A DNA stretch of 64,000 bases from Pseudomonadota bacterium (GTDB taxonomy: Bacteria > Myxococcota > JACRCW01 > JAFGSX01), in contig JBDRCO010000037.1 of NCBI GenBank assembly GCA_043821645.1, forward strand, positions 250,021 through 314,020, read 5' to 3'. Made by a program: the position numbers and the translations under genes. Each line of letters opens with the position of its first letter. The first letter of the stretch is position 1. Positions 60,620-64,000 of the stretch are shown in pieces. The notes beneath the pieces were generated by a model, which worked only from the letters and a program-made list of their open reading frames with translations, was not told where the DNA came from and searched no databases.

Positions 60620-60991
60620 ATGCCGACCGTCAGCCAGCTGGTCCGGAAGGGGCGCGAGAAGGTCAACGAGAAGACCGCAGCCCCGGCCCTCAAGCGATGC
60701 CCGCAAAAGCGCGGCGTCTGCGTTCGCGTCTACACGTCGACACCGAAGAAGCCCAACTCGGCGTTGCGCAAGGTGGCCCGCGTGCGCCTGAGCAATCAGA
60801 TCGAGGTGACGACCTACATCCCCGGCGAGGGCCACAACCTGCAGGAGCACTCGGTGGTGCTCATCCGCGGCGGCCGCGTCAAGGACCTGCCCGGTGTCCG
60901 CTACCACGTGGTTCGCGGCACGCTGGACTCGGTGGGTGTCAATAACCGCCGCCAGAGCCGTTCCAAGTACGGCGCCAAGCGCCCCAAGTGA
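60620..60991 (+). CDS. rpsL: 30S ribosomal protein S12
   Basis: [30 protein letters not shown]. Confidence 0.99.
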   Translation: MPTVSQLVRKGREKVNEKTAAPALKRCPQKRGVCVRVYTSTPKKPNSALRKVARVRLSNQIEVTTYIPGEGHNLQEHSVVLIRGGRVKDLPGVRYHVVRGTLDSVGVNNRRQSRSKYGAKRPK

Positions 60992-61009
60992 GCGTGAGGA
61001 GTCAAGGTC

Positions 61010-61480
61010 ATGCCGCGACGTCGTGAAGTTCCCAAGCGTAAGATCCTGCCCGATCCCAAGTACAAGGATCGGACGATCTCCAAGTTCGTCAACGTGATGA
61101 TGGAGCGGGGCAAGAAGTCCACCGCCGAGCGGATCATCTACACCGCCCTCGACGTCATCGAGAAGCGGACCAAGGAAGAGCCGCTCAAGGTGTTCAAGAA
61201 AGCCCTCGACTCGATCAAGCCGGCCCTCGAGGTCAAGAGCCGCCGCGTCGGTGGTTCGACCTACCAGGTGCCCGTCGAGGTACGCCCCGAGCGCCGCGCG
61301 GCTCTGGCCATGCGCTGGCTCAAGCAGTACGCGGCCAGCCGCGGCGAGAAGACCATGGCCGAGAAGCTGGCTGGCGAGGTTCTGGACGCCGCCTCGGGCA
61401 AGGGCAACGCGGTCAAGAAGCGTGAGGACACGCACCGCATGGCCGAGGCCAACAAGGCCTTTGCCCATTACCGGTGGTAA
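61010..61480 (+). CDS. rpsG: 30S ribosomal protein S7
   Basis: MPRR...[11 protein letters not shown]...[13 protein letters not shown]. Confidence 0.99.
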   Translation: MPRRREVPKRKILPDPKYKDRTISKFVNVMMERGKKSTAERIIYTALDVIEKRTKEEPLKVFKKALDSIKPALEVKSRRVGGSTYQVPVEVRPERRAALAMRWLKQYAASRGEKTMAEKLAGEVLDAASGKGNAVKKREDTHRMAEANKAFAHYRW

Positions 61481-61665
61481 GCAGTTTCTGAGGGGCCTCC
61501 GGCCTCGGGTCGGTGGCCGTCCGCTCTTTGACAGCGGGAGAGCAGATGGGTGGGCGGACAGGATCCGCGCCACCCAGGGTGATGCTGATCGGGTGCGTGC
61601 CGTCGAGCTCGGGTCGACGGAACTGGGTCTGGCCGACAGATCCTGAAGGCGGAGCGATTCGGACG

Positions 61666-63801
61666 ATGGCAAGCGCGCGTACCAGCACCGGCGACGACGC
61701 CCTGCACCTGATCCGCAACATCGGGATCATGGCGCACATCGACGCTGGCAAGACCACGACCACGGAGCGGGTCCTGTTCTACACAGGCATCTCGCACCGC
61801 ATGGGCGAGGTGCACGACGGCGCGGCGGTCATGGACTGGATGATCCAGGAACGCGAGCGCGGCATCACCATCACCTCCGCTGCCACCACCTGCTTCTGGC
61901 TCGATCATCGCGTCAACGTCATCGACACCCCGGGACATGTCGACTTCACCATGGAAGTCGAGCGCAGCCTGCGCGTTCTCGACGGCGCCATCTGCGTCTT
62001 CGATGCGGTGGCGGGCGTCGAGCCTCAGAGTGAGACGGTGTGGCGGCAGGCAGATCGTTATGGCGTGCCGCGCATCTGCTTCGTCAACAAGATGGATCGC
62101 TCGGGTGCGGACTTCGATCGCTGCGTGCGCATGATCCGCGAGCGCCTGGGTGCCACCCCGGCCGTGGTGCAGATCCCCATCGGCAGCGAGGAGAACTACC
62201 GCGGCGTCATCGACCTGGTCGAGATGCGCGCCATCATCTGGGACGAAGAGACCCTGGGCGCCAAGTTCCGCTTCGCGGACATCCCGGCCGAGCACGCCGA
62301 CGAGGCCACGCTCGCCCGCGAGCAACTGTGTGAGCTGCTGGCGGACGCCGACGACAGCTTCGCCGAGCGCTACCTGGCGGGCGAGGTCCTGGGCGTCGAC
62401 GAGATCCGGGCCGCGCTTCGCGCTGGCACCGTGCATTTCAAGTTCGTGCCCGTGCTGTGCGGCTCCGCGTTCAAGAACAAGGGTGTGCAGCCGCTGCTCG
62501 ACGCTGTGGTGTACTATCTGCCCTCGCCCCTGGATATCCCACCGGTCAAGGGATTCCACCCGGCCACCGAGGCCGAGGTGCATCGTCCCACCTCCCTGGC
62601 CGAGCCCCTGGCGGCCATGGTGTTCAAGATCGTCACCGATCCCTATGTCGGGCAGCTTGCCTTCGTGCGCGTGTACGCGGGTGTGCTGCAGGCCGGCGAT
62701 AGCGTGTACAACTCGCGCCAGGATGTGATGGGGCGGGTCGGACGTGTGCTGCAGATGCACGCGAACTCGCGCGAGGAGATCAAGGAGATCACCGCGGGCA
62801 ACATCGGCGCGGTGCTGGGTCTGCGCAGCGCGGCCACCGGCGACACCCTGTGCGACGCCGCGGCGCCGATCCGCCTGGATCCCATCAATGCGCCCGAGCC
62901 TGTCATCGACATCGCCATCGAGCCCAAGACCCAGGCCGACGACGAGCGGCTGTCCATGAGCCTGCACAAGCTGGCGCTCGAGGATCCCTCGTTCAAGGTT
63001 CACACCGACGCGGATTCCGGACAGACCATCATCCGCGGGATGGGCGAGCTGCACCTCGAGATCATCTGTGATCGCCTGCGCCGGGAGTTCAAGGTCGAGT
63101 GCAACGTGGGCCGACCCCAGGTCGCGTACCGCGAGGGCATCCTGGGTCGCGCCAAGCACGAAGGTCGGTACATCCAGCAGAGCGGTGGCCGTGGCCAGTA
63201 TGGCCATGCGGTGATCGCGGTCGAGCCAGGCGAGAAGGGCTCGGGGATCGTGTTCGAGGATGAGACCACCGGCGGCGTGGTGCCCCGGGAGTACATCGGT
63301 GCGATCCAGCGCGGTGTCGTCGAGGCGGCCAGCAACGGCCTGCTCGCCGGCTACCCGGTGCTCGACGTCAAGGCGGCCCTGGTCGATGGCAGCTACCACG
63401 AGGTGGACTCCAGCGACCTGGCTTTCAAGATCGCTGCGTCCATGGCCTTCCGCGAGGCCTGTCGGCGCGCCACGCCCATCCTTCTCGAGCCCATGATGAC
63501 GCTCGAGGTGGTCACACCCGACGCTTTCACCGGGGACGTGGTGGGCGACCTCAGTTCGCGCCGGGCGCGCATGACGGGTATCGAAGCTCACATGGGGACC
63601 CAGAACATCCGGGCCCTGGCCCCCCTGAGCGAGATGTTCGGATACGCCACGGATCTGCGGTCCAAGACCCAGGGCAGGGCCAATTACAGCATGTTTTTTT
63701 CGCACTACGAGCAGGTGCCCGAGCTGCTGGCCAAGAAGATCATCGAGACATCGACCACCGGGACGCGGGGCGGTGCTGTTCGTGCTCGCGCTGGGATGTG
63801 A
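61666..63801 (+). CDS. fusA: Elongation factor G
   Basis: [49 protein letters not shown]. Confidence 0.97.
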   Translation: MASARTSTGDDALHLIRNIGIMAHIDAGKTTTTERVLFYTGISHRMGEVHDGAAVMDWMIQERERGITITSAATTCFWLDHRVNVIDTPGHVDFTMEVERSLRVLDGAICVFDAVAGVEPQSETVWRQADRYGVPRICFVNKMDRSGADFDRCVRMIRERLGATPAVVQIPIGSEENYRGVIDLVEMRAIIWDEETLGAKFRFADIPAEHADEATLAREQLCELLADADDSFAERYLAGEVLGVDEIRAALRAGTVHFKFVPVLCGSAFKNKGVQPLLDAVVYYLPSPLDIPPVKGFHPATEAEVHRPTSLAEPLAAMVFKIVTDPYVGQLAFVRVYAGVLQAGDSVYNSRQDVMGRVGRVLQMHANSREEIKEITAGNIGAVLGLRSAATGDTLCDAAAPIRLDPINAPEPVIDIAIEPKTQADDERLSMSLHKLALEDPSFKVHTDADSGQTIIRGMGELHLEIICDRLRREFKVECNVGRPQVAYREGILGRAKHEGRYIQQSGGRGQYGHAVIAVEPGEKGSGIVFEDETTGGVVPREYIGAIQRGVVEAASNGLLAGYPVLDVKAALVDGSYHEVDSSDLAFKIAASMAFREACRRATPILLEPMMTLEVVTPDAFTGDVVGDLSSRRARMTGIEAHMGTQNIRALAPLSEMFGYATDLRSKTQGRANYSMFFSHYEQVPELLAKKIIETSTTGTRGGAVRARAGM

Positions 63802-63859
63802 CAACGGTGTAGAAGTACGGCGCCCTGGGGCGCCAGACACGATTCAAGGAGAACGCACA

Positions 63860-64000
63860 ATGGCCAAGGAAAAGTTCAACCGCGACAAGCCGCACGTGAA
63901 CGTCGGGACCATCGGTCACGTGGACCACGGCAAGACCACGCTGACGGCCGCGTTGACTAAGGTGGCGTCCGCCAAGGGCTGGGCCAAGTACATCAGCTAC
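63860..64000 (+). CDS. tuf: Elongation factor Tu (5' part, truncated by window end)
   Basis: [40 protein letters not shown]. Confidence 0.97.
   Translation, partial: MAKEKFNRDKPHVNVGTIGHVDHGKTTLTAALTKVASAKGWAKYISY

Noticed and set aside
60620..60991. Streptomycin-resistance allele of rpsL
   Set aside because: Both key lysines (TPKKPNS and RVKDLPG) are wild type.

Overview
This is a gene-dense, high-GC chromosomal segment, probably from a Myxococcota/deltaproteobacterial genome. That placement is inferred from the Ser/Thr kinases (one with a PEGA domain), FHA, DUF4388, Cys-rich and FG-GAP/TSP3 lipoproteins, and accD-folC-lptD synteny. It holds about 60 CDS. Housekeeping genes: rpsT, tilS-ftsH-folP-cdaA-cdaR-glmM, scoAB, lipA, accD-folC, lptD, prfC, ybeY-recJ, queE and rpsL-rpsG-fusA-tuf (tuf cut by the window end). 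These are interleaved with signalling and envelope genes. I saw no tRNA, rRNA, CRISPR array, transposase, integrase or prophage. Main leads: (1) an apparently complete c-di-AMP module, with CdaA/CdaR/GlmM, a PgpH-like 7TM-HD phosphodiesterase and an APC-USP transporter as candidate receptor; (2) an unassigned ~205-nt structured RNA-like element upstream of that phosphodiesterase; (3) a small standalone sigma70-region-4-like protein that has lost its DNA-recognition residues, behind an AT-rich inverted-repeat region; (4) twin TGACGC-N3-GCGTCA-type operators over a phasin-pair promoter; (5) a terminator/antiterminator leader before rpsL; (6) several apparently leaderless genes. All family calls come from motif recognition by eye, and all RNA folds from manual pairing. 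No searches were run, and many start codons were refined by hand from the ORF track.
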